DNA from: Candidatus Delongbacteria bacterium
Lineage (GTDB): Bacteria > JAGOEH01
DNA: 54,853 bases
Assembly: GCA_017997825.1 (NCBI GenBank)
Contig: JAGOEH010000002.1
Coordinates: 1 to 54,853 of the forward strand
Direction of reading: 5' to 3'
Part shown: positions 38,336 to 47,432 of the stretch, one piece after another
How positions within the stretch are numbered: the first letter of the stretch is position 1
Layout of the letters: each line of letters begins with the position of its first letter
Notes under the pieces: generated by a model
Told to the model about the DNA's origin: nothing
The model's input: the letters and a program-made list of their open reading frames with translations, nothing else
The model's database searches: none
Translations under genes and position numbers: made by a program

Positions 38336-40114
38336 TCATTTTCTCAGCTCCGGATAGATTTTCCGGGCACAATCGGGACACAGACTATGGCTGAAGGAGG
38401 CTTCGGAATGAGCGCTGATATAAGTCTCAACCTCCTTCCAGTATCCTTCATCATCCCGGATTTTTTTGCAGTTGGAACAAATCGGCAGTAATCCATTGAG
38501 TGTTTTGATATTATTGAGAGCCGTTTCCAGTTCTCCGGTTTTCTGCTGTAGATCGTCCCGCTGGCGGGCAATCTCCTGGTTACCGGATTGTAATACAACA
38601 TTCATTTTTGTTTTTACCCGGTTAACATAGATCAGGATTCCTGAAAACCCTATTGTTAGCACCAGAACCAACCCTCCCAGGATAATAGTCCAATGCTGCC
38701 GTTCCAATTCGGCATCCTGGAGTTGTTGGGTTCCCATTAATCTTAGGTTTTCCTTTTCCTTCTGCTGGGTTTGATATTTAATCTGAAGATCCAGAATAAT
38801 CCGGTTATTGCTTTCATTGAACATACTGTCACGGATCGTATCATAGATCAAATACTGCTGATGAGCGATCTTCCACAATCCCATTTCCTGGTAGATCTCC
38901 GATAGTTTAAGGTAATTGTCCCGCATCAGGGCTCGCTGTCGGATAGCCCCCGCAATTTCGATGCTTTTCCTGAGATTCTCAATAGCCGAATCATACTGCC
39001 GCTTTTTCCAGTAACTGGTTCCGATGTTCTTCAGGGCGTTAGCTTCCCGCTCGCGATTATTTGATTTTCGGGCTTTAATTAAGGCCTGCCTGGCCAGTTC
39101 CAATGCCTGATCATAATCCGCTTTTAGATTATAAATATTGGCCAGTGCGTTCAGATCCAGAATTATTCCCCCATTATCAGGTACATCCCGTTCATAAACC
39201 TTCAATGACACATTATAATAATAAAGTGCGGAATCATAATTCTGGCTGATTTCCCAAGCATATCCCAAATTATGGTAGGTATATCCGGTAACCAGGATAT
39301 CATTTCGGATGGGTTTACCTTTCTCCAAGGCCTCAAGAAACGTACTCATTCCCGACTCAATTTTTCCCCATTCCAGATAAACACGTCCAATATTATTAAG
39401 CGTCAGGCATTCTCCCGAAATGTCCTTTAGTTGTTGTCGGATTTTCAGGGATTCCGAATAGTATTCCAGGGCTTTTTCATAATAAGCCCACTGCCAGTAG
39501 ATAACTCCGATACTGTTAAGAATGGACGCTCTCGGCTCAGGATCCTTCAGACTGGTTGAAACGGCTAGGGCGTGGTTGAGGCAGATCAGGGCACTGTCAT
39601 ACTCACTCTGGCGCCACAGGAAGAGACCTTTCTCGCGTAAGGTTTTAGCCAACCGGAGCGAATCACGGCATCTGGAATAATACTTAACCGATTGGGTAAA
39701 TGTCAGCCGAGCTTTTTGAGTCTGGTCAGTTTTATTGTACAGCCGGGCTAATTGATAGGTAATCTTTGCCATCATTTCCATATAGTTGGAATCCGTAGCC
39801 ATGATCATAGACTGGTGGTAAAGCTCTTCGGCCAAGGCAAATTCCCGGCGATAGTCATGAAAGATCCCCCGTTCGATCAAAGCAGCAGTCCGGCTGCGAT
39901 GGTCATTCAACCGATCCGCCGCTTCGGTTGCCAGATTGATATACGACAATACACTGTCTGACTTTCGATTATTGTATTCTTCCGCCAATTGCAGATAAAT
40001 CGACAACGATGCTTTGACATCGGATGTATCGATCAGGGTAATCAGACTATCACACCGATCCCGAGCTTCTATCATTACTGAAAATAGAATAATCCATAAA
40101 AATATTTTATTCAT
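38336..40114 (-). CDS. Periplasmic-TPR sensor with TM, coiled coil and C-terminal four-Cys (CxxC...CxxC) module
   Basis: Signal peptide MNKIFLWIILFSVMIEA, about 10 TPR-like units, TM helix WTIILGGLVLVLTIGFSGILIYV, a coiled coil, then LPICSNCKKIRDDEGYWKEVETYISAHSEASFSHSLCPDCARKIYPELRK. No catalytic output domain is present. Confidence 0.8.
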   Translation of the reverse strand: MNKIFLWIILFSVMIEARDRCDSLITLIDTSDVKASLSIYLQLAEEYNNRKSDSVLSYINLATEAADRLNDHRSRTAALIERGIFHDYRREFALAEELYHQSMIMATDSNYMEMMAKITYQLARLYNKTDQTQKARLTFTQSVKYYSRCRDSLRLAKTLREKGLFLWRQSEYDSALICLNHALAVSTSLKDPEPRASILNSIGVIYWQWAYYEKALEYYSESLKIRQQLKDISGECLTLNNIGRVYLEWGKIESGMSTFLEALEKGKPIRNDILVTGYTYHNLGYAWEISQNYDSALYYYNVSLKVYERDVPDNGGIILDLNALANIYNLKADYDQALELARQALIKARKSNNREREANALKNIGTSYWKKRQYDSAIENLRKSIEIAGAIRQRALMRDNYLKLSEIYQEMGLWKIAHQQYLIYDTIRDSMFNESNNRIILDLQIKYQTQQKEKENLRLMGTQQLQDAELERQHWTIILGGLVLVLTIGFSGILIYVNRVKTKMNVVLQSGNQEIARQRDDLQQKTGELETALNNIKTLNGLLPICSNCKKIRDDEGYWKEVETYISAHSEASFSHSLCPDCARKIYPELRK

Positions 40115-40351
40115 TAAAGCTCCCTAGTTTTAAATCATAGGCTATTGATTCCAGATCCACATGGGTGATCTTTGAAATCATTCATCAATCAATAACCTTA
40201 CAATATAATCGAAATGACCTAAAAAGCAACATCAAGCGGAGCTGATCGATTAGGCCTGACCATCAAAGCTTTTCATCAATTCCGACCAATCAGAATCATC
40301 ATCTTCTATAATAACGATCAACACTATGGTTTTATAATTTGGAATGTCATG

Positions 40352-40381
40352 ATAGAAAGAGCCTGAAACCACAAATCAGGC
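40352..40381 (-). terminator. Possible terminator after the DUF4416 gene
   Basis: Minus-strand RNA: GCCUGA, a 9-nt loop, UCAGGC, followed by UCUUUCUAUC. The stem is short and the U-tract is interrupted. Confidence 0.3.
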
Positions 40382-40397
40382 AGAATGATCAATCAGG

Positions 40398-40934
40398 TTA
40401 TTCCGGTGGATTTTGTTGCCGGTTTTGTTTATAAAGCTCTCGGATTCTCAACAGGCAGGGGTAGTAAATATCCGATTTGAAATCGGGAAAGGTCCAGGGG
40501 AAAACCGTAAAGCTTCCTTTTCGGTAATATAAGGTCAGATCGGCATATACCCCGGAATGGAGGTGAATCTTCTGCCCTCCGAACTTCATCGAAGCCAACA
40601 CGATCTTCTGGTAATCCAGGTAGCCCGGATCCAGATTGAACTGCCGATTTCCGTTTATCATCCCTTCCTCCTCGATCCGGTTGGTCACCCGTTTGATCGA
40701 AGCGATCGCTTCCGGGGGAATCAGGGCCTGAAACGAAATGAATCGCCGGTACAGCGGCTCTCCCATCTCCTTTTGATAATAATCAGTCAAGCCGAATTCA
40801 TAATCAGCACTCTGATAATCGATTTTACCCCAATGGAGGATCAGACGATCCATGATATGATTCCATTCGGTCCGGCCATTGGTAAGGATTGCCATGAACA
40901 GCTTGACCGGATCGACGCTAACGACCTGGGCCAT
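40398..40934 (-). CDS. DUF4416 family protein
   Basis: VDPVKLFMAIL...LTDYYQKEMGEPLYRRFISFQALIPPE...FNLDPGYLDYQKIVLASMKFGGQKIHLHSGVYADLTLYYRKGSFTVFPWTFPDF follows the DUF4416 pattern as I remember it. I prefer the start at ATG 40934 (MAQVV...). The longer track ORF would overlap the upstream gene by 140 nt, whereas this start overlaps by 17 nt. Confidence 0.7.
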   Translation of the reverse strand: MAQVVSVDPVKLFMAILTNGRTEWNHIMDRLILHWGKIDYQSADYEFGLTDYYQKEMGEPLYRRFISFQALIPPEAIASIKRVTNRIEEEGMINGNRQFNLDPGYLDYQKIVLASMKFGGQKIHLHSGVYADLTLYYRKGSFTVFPWTFPDFKSDIYYPCLLRIRELYKQNRQQNPPE

Positions 40935-41739
40935 CCAGAACGCTCCTGGCTTCTTCCCAGATTGCAGGTGGAATATTGAAAAACTGCTGAATGGCCTGAA
41001 CCGTGGGAAGATGGATTTTGGTGTTTCTTTGGCTGGAATAGTGCTTGACGAAATCATCCCGGATATAGATCCGTCCGGGCTGCTGCCGGTCGATCCGGGT
41101 CAGGCAGAGGTGTCTCATCGATTTTTGATAAAAGGAATCTTTCCAATATAAAAGAAAATCATTCACATCAAGTGGGTGTAAGATAAATGAATAGCGGAAT
41201 TTTTTTTGATCCCGGGAAACCGAATACAAACGGTATTGCTGATTGGAGCTGCAAAACTCCAATTCCAGCCGGGTATCTTCATCCTGGATCCGGATTACGG
41301 TTTCCGACCGGATCGGAAGCGGGGTCGAAATTAGATATCCCGGATCCACCAGATAATCCTCATCCGCCATCCGCAGAACCAATCCGCAATGGACGGCCTG
41401 TCCCCATGTCATATCCATCACAATCGGATCGGCTTGATACCCCAGACGATAGAGAATGCTCCACAAGAAGTAAGTCAGTGAATAACAGGTACCACCCAGA
41501 TGATTCTCTAGATAATCGACCCATACTTCCTCAGGCATCCGCAATCGATCCCATTCCCCCTTGATCTGGTTAAATTTGATGATTTTACTCAAATTCTCGT
41601 AGGGCAGATTGGAGAAGGCTTTGAGAACCCGTTGCAACATATTATTATCGGGAAGATGAACGGGGATTTGAAAATGACGCAGAAAGAGTTCGGCCGTGGA
41701 ATGATGCTGATCCAGACCGAATCGAGGATGAATGATCAT
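40918..41739 (-). CDS. Arylamine N-acetyltransferase (NAT)-fold protein
   Basis: LPYENLSKI, a catalytic-Cys context GGTCYSLTYFLWSILYRLGY, His in AVHCGLVL and Asp in YLVDPGY. This is the Cys-His-Asp order of the NAT family. The ATG overlaps the upstream stop (ATGA, 41736-41739). Confidence 0.7.
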   Translation of the reverse strand: MIIHPRFGLDQHHSTAELFLRHFQIPVHLPDNNMLQRVLKAFSNLPYENLSKIIKFNQIKGEWDRLRMPEEVWVDYLENHLGGTCYSLTYFLWSILYRLGYQADPIVMDMTWGQAVHCGLVLRMADEDYLVDPGYLISTPLPIRSETVIRIQDEDTRLELEFCSSNQQYRLYSVSRDQKKFRYSFILHPLDVNDFLLYWKDSFYQKSMRHLCLTRIDRQQPGRIYIRDDFVKHYSSQRNTKIHLPTVQAIQQFFNIPPAIWEEARSVLDGPGR

Positions 41740-42104
41740 CGTTTCTTTTCGATTTCGAAAATCTTGGGTTTCAGCCCCATTTTTGTCAGACGGACTTGCT
41801 CTTGCTCGGCCTCTTTTTTATCTTTGTAAACGGCCGTAAAGACATAATAAAACTTTTTATCGATCCCGTCATACTTTTTGGAATCAAAGACAAAACTTTC
41901 GATCTTATAGTTCTTCTTGAAAAAGGTGGTGGCCTTGATGCACTCCGACGCCTGCCGGTCCTTGTAAATGGCCACCAGGTAATCTTTGGTGATCGTAATA
42001 GTATCGGCAGAGGTCGAATTGATGTTGGGCATGTTCTGCTTGCATCCTGTAAGAATCGACATGCCCATCAGGATTACAACCATCAGTCTTTTAACATTTT
42101 TCAT
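41736..42104 (-). CDS. Small lipoprotein, possibly SPOR-like
   Basis: Lipobox ILTGC. The mature ~100 aa part shows a duplicated beta-alpha-beta-like pattern (YLVAIYKDRQASECIKA...; YYVFTAVYKDKKEAEQEQVRLTKMG) reminiscent of SPOR domains. The ATG overlaps the upstream stop (ATGA, 42101-42104). Confidence 0.45.
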   Translation of the reverse strand: MKNVKRLMVVILMGMSILTGCKQNMPNINSTSADTITITKDYLVAIYKDRQASECIKATTFFKKNYKIESFVFDSKKYDGIDKKFYYVFTAVYKDKKEAEQEQVRLTKMGLKPKIFEIEKKR

Positions 42105-43528
42105 ATATAATCTTCCCTCCTTAGTTCTTTGGCGATGTTGATTGAGTATTTATCCATTTTGCGCCGCAATGAATCCCGGGTAATTCCCAGATTCTTGCAG
42201 GCCTTGGCTTTATTGTAATCGGCATTTTTCAGAGCCTGGATGATCAGATTCCGTTCCGTCTGTTCCAGATTGATCGATTCGGCCGGCCGGGCAGCCGCAG
42301 ATTTATTACCTCTCATTAGGATCGGGAAATGGCGGGGCATCAGAAACTCCTCATCGCACAGAATCACGGCCTGCTCCACGATGTTCTTCAACTCGCGGAT
42401 ATTCCCCGGAAACGGATAAGCCATCAGTTCTTCAGCGGCATGCATACTCAGGCCGCGGATATTTTTCTTCAACTTTAGGTTAAACTCCCGTAAAAAAAAC
42501 TCCGCCAGGCGGGTGATATCATCTTTCCGTTCCCTCAACGGCGGCACCAAAATCCGAAATATATTCAGACGATAAAACAGATCCCGGCGAAATTCTCCCT
42601 GTTCCACGGCCTGTTCCAGATTTTTGTTGGTGGCCGCCACCACTCTGAAATCCAACTTAATGATCTTACTTCCTCCCACATAACGGATTTCACGGTTCTC
42701 CAGCACCCGAAGCAAATTCTTCTGGACCGATAAGGAGATATCTCCGATCTCGTCCAAAAAAATGGTTCCCCCATTGGCAATCTCGAACAAACCTTTACGA
42801 GTCACCTTAGCATCGGTAAAGGAACCCTTCTCATGTCCAAATAATTCACTCTCAATCAGGGTTTCAGGAATGGAGGAACTGTTAACAGGGATAAAGGGTT
42901 TATCGGCATTAGGACCTTCAAAATGAATGGCCCGGGCAATCAATTCCTTACCGGTTCCGCTTTCACCCTCGATCAGGACAGAGGTATCGGGGAATTCGAT
43001 GATCTTGGAGATCAGCTTTTTGATCTCCTGGATCGGCCGGCTGGCACCGATGATCTGTTCAATCCCTTTATTGGATTTGTCAACCCCTTCGATCAGGGTT
43101 GACAACTGCTCCTTCAGAATCTTCTTTTCCTGTTTGAGCTGGTGGTATACCCGGGTCTTTTCGATTGCCAGCAACAGATTATTCAAATTGACCGGTTTGA
43201 GGATAAAATCGGATACTCCCATTCGGATTGCCTGGATCGCAGCATCCAGATCGCCGTGTCCGGTAATGATGATGATCTCCATGTCGGTGCTGAGCTTTTT
43301 AATCTTGGAGATAAAGCTGAATCCATCCTCACCCGGCATCTTCAGATCGGTGATGATGATATCGATGGTCTGATGCTCGAAAATATCGATGGCGGCTTTG
43401 GCATCGCCGGCATAATGGACCAGATAACCATGTTCCCGAAGAAACGATCCCAACGTTCGATCGATGACCGGATAATCATCAACCAAAAGAATCGTTAATT
43501 GAGGTTCTACATTTTTATTTTTTGACAT
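42101..43528 (-). CDS. Sigma-54-dependent response regulator (NtrC family: REC-AAA+-Fis HTH)
   Basis: REC domain ILLVDDYP...IIITDLKMPGEDG, Walker A GESGTGKE, Walker B FLDEIGD, the sigma-54 contact loop ESELFGHEKGSFTDA, and a C-terminal HTH NKAKACKNLGITRDSLRRKM. The track start at 43543 is a TTG. I prefer the ATG at 43528 (MSKNKN...). Confidence 0.9.
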   Translation of the reverse strand: MSKNKNVEPQLTILLVDDYPVIDRTLGSFLREHGYLVHYAGDAKAAIDIFEHQTIDIIITDLKMPGEDGFSFISKIKKLSTDMEIIIITGHGDLDAAIQAIRMGVSDFILKPVNLNNLLLAIEKTRVYHQLKQEKKILKEQLSTLIEGVDKSNKGIEQIIGASRPIQEIKKLISKIIEFPDTSVLIEGESGTGKELIARAIHFEGPNADKPFIPVNSSSIPETLIESELFGHEKGSFTDAKVTRKGLFEIANGGTIFLDEIGDISLSVQKNLLRVLENREIRYVGGSKIIKLDFRVVAATNKNLEQAVEQGEFRRDLFYRLNIFRILVPPLRERKDDITRLAEFFLREFNLKLKKNIRGLSMHAAEELMAYPFPGNIRELKNIVEQAVILCDEEFLMPRHFPILMRGNKSAAARPAESINLEQTERNLIIQALKNADYNKAKACKNLGITRDSLRRKMDKYSINIAKELRREDYI

Positions 43529-43621
43529 AGGCGCAGCACTCAAACCATTCCTTTAGTCATCCCTTCCCATGGTGCGATCCGATCAATCGGCAGACCGGGA
43601 ATATGGAAACCTTGTTATTCA

Positions 43622-43684
43622 TAAAACAAAAAAACCGGAATGGACATTTCACAATCAGCTCCATCAGAAACGATTATGATCCGG
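43622..43684 (-). terminator. Possible terminator after the gamma-CA-like gene
   Basis: The minus-strand RNA ends a branched hairpin (CCGGA...AUGGA-loop-UCCAUUCCGG) with UUUUUUUGUUUU (43634-43622). The U-tract is strong but the stem is interrupted. Confidence 0.4.
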
Positions 43685-43741
43685 CATAAGTGGACAATCA
43701 GGATGCATCGGCATAGTGAAATGATGCCGGGCATCAGAACG

Positions 43742-44257
43742 TTAAACCGAATTTCTGGAAAATTGTTTCAGGTATTTTTGAGCCAGATGAATATACTCTT
43801 CGGCGTTTTGCCGATTGGCTTCCATCATTTCAGGGGTCAAAGTTTTTACGATCTTTGCCGGCAAACCCATCACCAGGCTGAAGTCGGGAATCCGGGACCG
43901 CGGCGGAATAAGGCTTCCGGCGCCGACAATACAATACTGACCGATCTCGGCATCATCGAGCACGGTAGCGTTCATGCCGATCAGGCTGTAATCTCCGACC
44001 TGGGCGGCGTGGACGACAGCGGCATGACCGATGGTAACATAGCTGCCGATCTCGACGGGGATATCCTGACTGACATGGATCACGGCATTATCCTGAACAT
44101 TGGAGCCTCGTCCGATCCGGATGGGAGCCAGATCAGCCCTCACAACAGCTCCATACCACACACTGACCTGATCCCCCAGTGACACCCGGCCAATCACCCG
44201 GGCCGTATCGGCCACAAAGACATCGGTTCCATAGTGAAGATCATCCGGTTCCATCAT
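43742..44257 (-). CDS. Gamma-carbonic-anhydrase-like left-handed beta-helix (hexapeptide repeat) protein
   Basis: RVIGRVSLGDQVSVWYGAVVRADLAPIRIGRGSNVQDNAVIHV...IGHAAVVHAAQVGDYSLIGMNATV is the YrdA/PaaY-type pattern. ATG 44257 gives a family-typical 171 aa. The track start is a TTG. Confidence 0.8.
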   Translation of the reverse strand: MMEPDDLHYGTDVFVADTARVIGRVSLGDQVSVWYGAVVRADLAPIRIGRGSNVQDNAVIHVSQDIPVEIGSYVTIGHAAVVHAAQVGDYSLIGMNATVLDDAEIGQYCIVGAGSLIPPRSRIPDFSLVMGLPAKIVKTLTPEMMEANRQNAEEYIHLAQKYLKQFSRNSV

Positions 44258-44276
44258 ACAATTCACTTTCTCTACT

Positions 44277-45773
44277 CTAAAAATCAAGCGTCAAAAAACC
44301 AAATCCGGCCAATTCATGCCGGAGAAGATCCAGCATAGGCGTCAATCCCCTGGCCTGATCGGATTCGGCATTGACGACCAGCAGAGGTTCATGCAGGGAT
44401 AAGCGCACCAGGATCCAGCTTCCGAAATCGCCGGAACGGAAACTGATCCGGACACCTTCGGTGGTATCCATTGTCAATCCCCGGTGAGAGGCATACCGGA
44501 CTAAATGCTCAATGCATTGGCGGCCGGCGGCCTGAAAATCATCAGAGTGAATGGGAATCCGCCAGTTTCGGCTTTCAGCGGGCTCCTGCAGCTCACTCAG
44601 AACGGATTCCAGAGTGTATCCCCGGGATTTGAGACGAGCCATATAGATCAAGATTCGGGCTACGGTGTAACATCCATCGTCGGCATAGCGGTTCTCACGA
44701 AACATGACATGGCCGGAGGTCTCTCCACCGGCCCAACATTCCAATCCGGACTGGTTTAGACGCTTCATTTCATTACGGACATTGGCATATCCGCGTTTGA
44801 AGCGTCGATGAACGCCTCCACGCGCCGTAATGAACCGGCTCAATCCGTCGGAGGTAACACTATCGGTGACCACATAAGAGCCGGGATGATCGGAAAGGGT
44901 CATAGCGGCTATCAGCGCCAGCAGACGGTTATGAGTCACCGGCCGGCCATCCGGTAAAACCACCGAACTCCGATCCCCATCGGTATCGAAAATAATACCC
45001 AGATCGGCCCGATGCTTGACGACGGCAGCCGAAAGGTCCCGAATCGCATCCGGATCTTCAGGGTTCGGCACATGGTGCGGAAAGCGTCCGTCCGGCTCCA
45101 GATATAAACTACCCTCAATATCAGCCCCCAATGGACTCAGTATATAGTCGGCAAAAAAACCTGATGCGCCGTTGCCGGCATCAGTCAAAATCCGTAAGCC
45201 ATTCAAAGGACGGCTATCAGACGAATCAACGCCGATCCCCCGGCGGATCAAATCCACAATTCCCCGGGCATATACCGACAAATAATCCTTTGCCTGCCGT
45301 TTCCCTGTAATTTCATCCGGCAAAACCACGGTATCATCACAGATGCTATCATTTAAGCACCCTTGCAGCAGATTCCGGATCTGATCTTTGCTGTAGGAAT
45401 CCTCAGGGCTGAAAAACTTCAATCCGTTCCAGGACTGAGGAAGATGGCTGGCTGTAATCATGATACCGGCCGCGGCGGAAAAATAACCGACTGCCTGAAA
45501 GATTTCCGGTGTGGTGGATACATGCTTCCATTGAGGCTCCGTCACCAGATGGATGGTACGTATACCGTGCCGGCTCAGGGCTCGGCCCAGGCATTCCTCA
45601 ATCCGGGGTCCCGATATCCGGCTGTCTTTGCCGATCACCACCAGAGGATCAGGTGTAATTTCCTTCAGTTGCCGGCTCCACACCGACATCAAACAATTTA
45701 TAAAACCATCATTCAGATCCGTTTCGGCTTGTCCCCGAATATCGGAACCGGATAAAAGAGTAAGGGGATTCAT
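44277..45773 (-). CDS. Phosphomannomutase/phosphoglucomutase family (alpha-D-phosphohexomutase)
   Basis: Active-site loop TASHLPQSWNGLKF, metal loop FDTDGDRS, sugar loop GGETSGH. The ATG overlaps the marR-like stop (ATGA, 45770-45773). Confidence 0.85.
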   Translation of the reverse strand: MNPLTLLSGSDIRGQAETDLNDGFINCLMSVWSRQLKEITPDPLVVIGKDSRISGPRIEECLGRALSRHGIRTIHLVTEPQWKHVSTTPEIFQAVGYFSAAAGIMITASHLPQSWNGLKFFSPEDSYSKDQIRNLLQGCLNDSICDDTVVLPDEITGKRQAKDYLSVYARGIVDLIRRGIGVDSSDSRPLNGLRILTDAGNGASGFFADYILSPLGADIEGSLYLEPDGRFPHHVPNPEDPDAIRDLSAAVVKHRADLGIIFDTDGDRSSVVLPDGRPVTHNRLLALIAAMTLSDHPGSYVVTDSVTSDGLSRFITARGGVHRRFKRGYANVRNEMKRLNQSGLECWAGGETSGHVMFRENRYADDGCYTVARILIYMARLKSRGYTLESVLSELQEPAESRNWRIPIHSDDFQAAGRQCIEHLVRYASHRGLTMDTTEGVRISFRSGDFGSWILVRLSLHEPLLVVNAESDQARGLTPMLDLLRHELAGFGFLTLDF

Positions 45774-46219
45774 GGATTAATTCCTTTGATTTGATCCATC
45801 ACCTGATCCAGGATCCTAAAATCGTTTATGATTGATCCTTTAACTTCATCCGGCAAGAGTTTCCAGATTTGACGCCACAACTGGTCGCAGGTTTCCAATA
45901 GTTCGCTGAAGACCGATCGTCCTTTCTCGGTCAGACCGATAAAGACCACCCGACGATCTTCGGCTGAGTTCTCACGGACGATATACTTTTTTTTAACCAG
46001 GCTGTCGATAATCCTGGTAATTCTGGACTCCGCCAATTCCATCCGATTGGATAGTTCGGTCATCTTGATTTTTTCATCCGGTGACCGGAACGATCGAATC
46101 GCCCGGGATTCCGACAGAGTCAGACGATAATGGGCGGCGATATCCATTTCGCGGGAGGTGCATTGATCGCTGACTCGTTTGATAAAATTACCCAATTCAT
46201 CCATTGTTTTGTACTCCAT
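45770..46219 (-). CDS. MarR-family transcriptional regulator
   Basis: Winged-helix segment MTELSNRMELAESRITRIIDSLVKKKYIVRENSAEDRRVVFIGLTEKG. The start is ATG 46219 (2 nt after the coaBC stop) or ATG 46204 (GGAG 10 nt upstream). The longer track ORF would overlap coaBC. Confidence 0.8.
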   Translation of the reverse strand: MEYKTMDELGNFIKRVSDQCTSREMDIAAHYRLTLSESRAIRSFRSPDEKIKMTELSNRMELAESRITRIIDSLVKKKYIVRENSAEDRRVVFIGLTEKGRSVFSELLETCDQLWRQIWKLLPDEVKGSIINDFRILDQVMDQIKGINP

Positions 46220-46221
46220 CC

Positions 46222-47421
46222 TTAGGTGATCATCGTGACGATAGCCTGCATAATAACGCGGCTGCACTCTTTTTTGGTCATGACTGGAAACTCCTGTGGC
46301 TGGGATCCAGGCCCGATCAGGGTTATCTGGTTGGTATCGCCTCCCATCTCACTGCCGACGCGGGTAGGATTGTTCAACACGATCATGTCCATCCTCTTTT
46401 CATTCTTTTTTCGGAGGGCATATTCCAGATCATGATCGGTTTCAAGAGCAAATCCTACCAGGATCTGGCGAGTTTTCTCACGGCCGGCCCGTGCCATGAT
46501 ATCCGGATTCTTGATCAACTTGAGCTGTAACTCATCGGATTTTTTCAACTTGACTGATGAAAACGATTGAGGCCGATAATCACATACCGCGGCGGCTCCA
46601 ATCGCAATATCCTGGGAAGAGAAACCGTCAAAAAATGCCGCTTCCATTTCACAGGCACTGGTAACCGGATACAGAGTGACCGGCAAACGGGCAAAATCGA
46701 CATCGCTCCTGCCGGAGATAACGGTTACCCTGGCCCCCATTTGAATAGCGGTTTCCGCCAGATAGTATCCCATTTTTCCGCTTGAAAAATTGGAAAGATA
46801 GCGAACCGGGTCGATGGCCTCAATCGTTCGGCCGGCCGTAATCAACACCTTCCGCCCTCCCAGGGAACGATCCGGATTGAGCAGCGCTTCAACCTCGGAC
46901 ACAATTGCCGGAATCTCCGGTAGTCTGCCCTTGCCCTCGGTCTTACACGCCAGTTCACCGGATTGAGGTTCCATGATATGAATCCCGTGCGATTGAAGCC
47001 GGCTCAGATTTTCCTGCACCACGGGATTGAGATACATAAAATGGTTCATGGCAGGAACGATCAGGATAGGTTTTTGGAGCATACCGGTCATGATCGTAGC
47101 CGAAAGCAAATCATCGGCAATTCCGGAGGCATACTTGCCGATCGAATTGGCGGTAGCCGGTGCAATCAGCACCAAATCAGCCCATTTCACCAGCGCAATA
47201 TGATCAATCTCAAACGGCCGGCCGGAACGGAACATCTCACTGTAAACCGGATTACCGCTCAACGTTTCAAGCACCGTAGACGTCACCAGATGCCGGCCCG
47301 AATCCGTCAGAATCACTTTAACCTGATACCCGGATTTGATCAGCCGGCGGATCAGTTCTGGAGCTTTATAAGCCGCAATCGACCCGGTAATGCCCAGTAG
47401 TATTTTATTTCGATCTGTCAT
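46222..47421 (-). CDS. coaBC: Bifunctional phosphopantothenoylcysteine decarboxylase / phosphopantothenate-cysteine ligase
   Basis: ILLGITGSIAAYKA (flavoprotein domain), PAMN, and NFSSGKMGYYLA (CoaB domain). The start at ATG 47421 (MTDRNK...) gives the canonical N-terminus. Confidence 0.9.
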   Translation of the reverse strand: MTDRNKILLGITGSIAAYKAPELIRRLIKSGYQVKVILTDSGRHLVTSTVLETLSGNPVYSEMFRSGRPFEIDHIALVKWADLVLIAPATANSIGKYASGIADDLLSATIMTGMLQKPILIVPAMNHFMYLNPVVQENLSRLQSHGIHIMEPQSGELACKTEGKGRLPEIPAIVSEVEALLNPDRSLGGRKVLITAGRTIEAIDPVRYLSNFSSGKMGYYLAETAIQMGARVTVISGRSDVDFARLPVTLYPVTSACEMEAAFFDGFSSQDIAIGAAAVCDYRPQSFSSVKLKKSDELQLKLIKNPDIMARAGREKTRQILVGFALETDHDLEYALRKKNEKRMDMIVLNNPTRVGSEMGGDTNQITLIGPGSQPQEFPVMTKKECSRVIMQAIVTMIT

Positions 47422-47432
47422 TACCAACTCGC

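Noticed and set aside
43529-43548. Second GG-N10-GC sigma-54-like match (TGGTTTGAGTGCTGC) directly upstream of the NtrC-type gene
   Set aside because: The implied transcription start would fall inside the first codons of the gene, upstream of an essential REC domain with no alternative start. It is a chance match, and it lowers my confidence in the 26934-26949 site.
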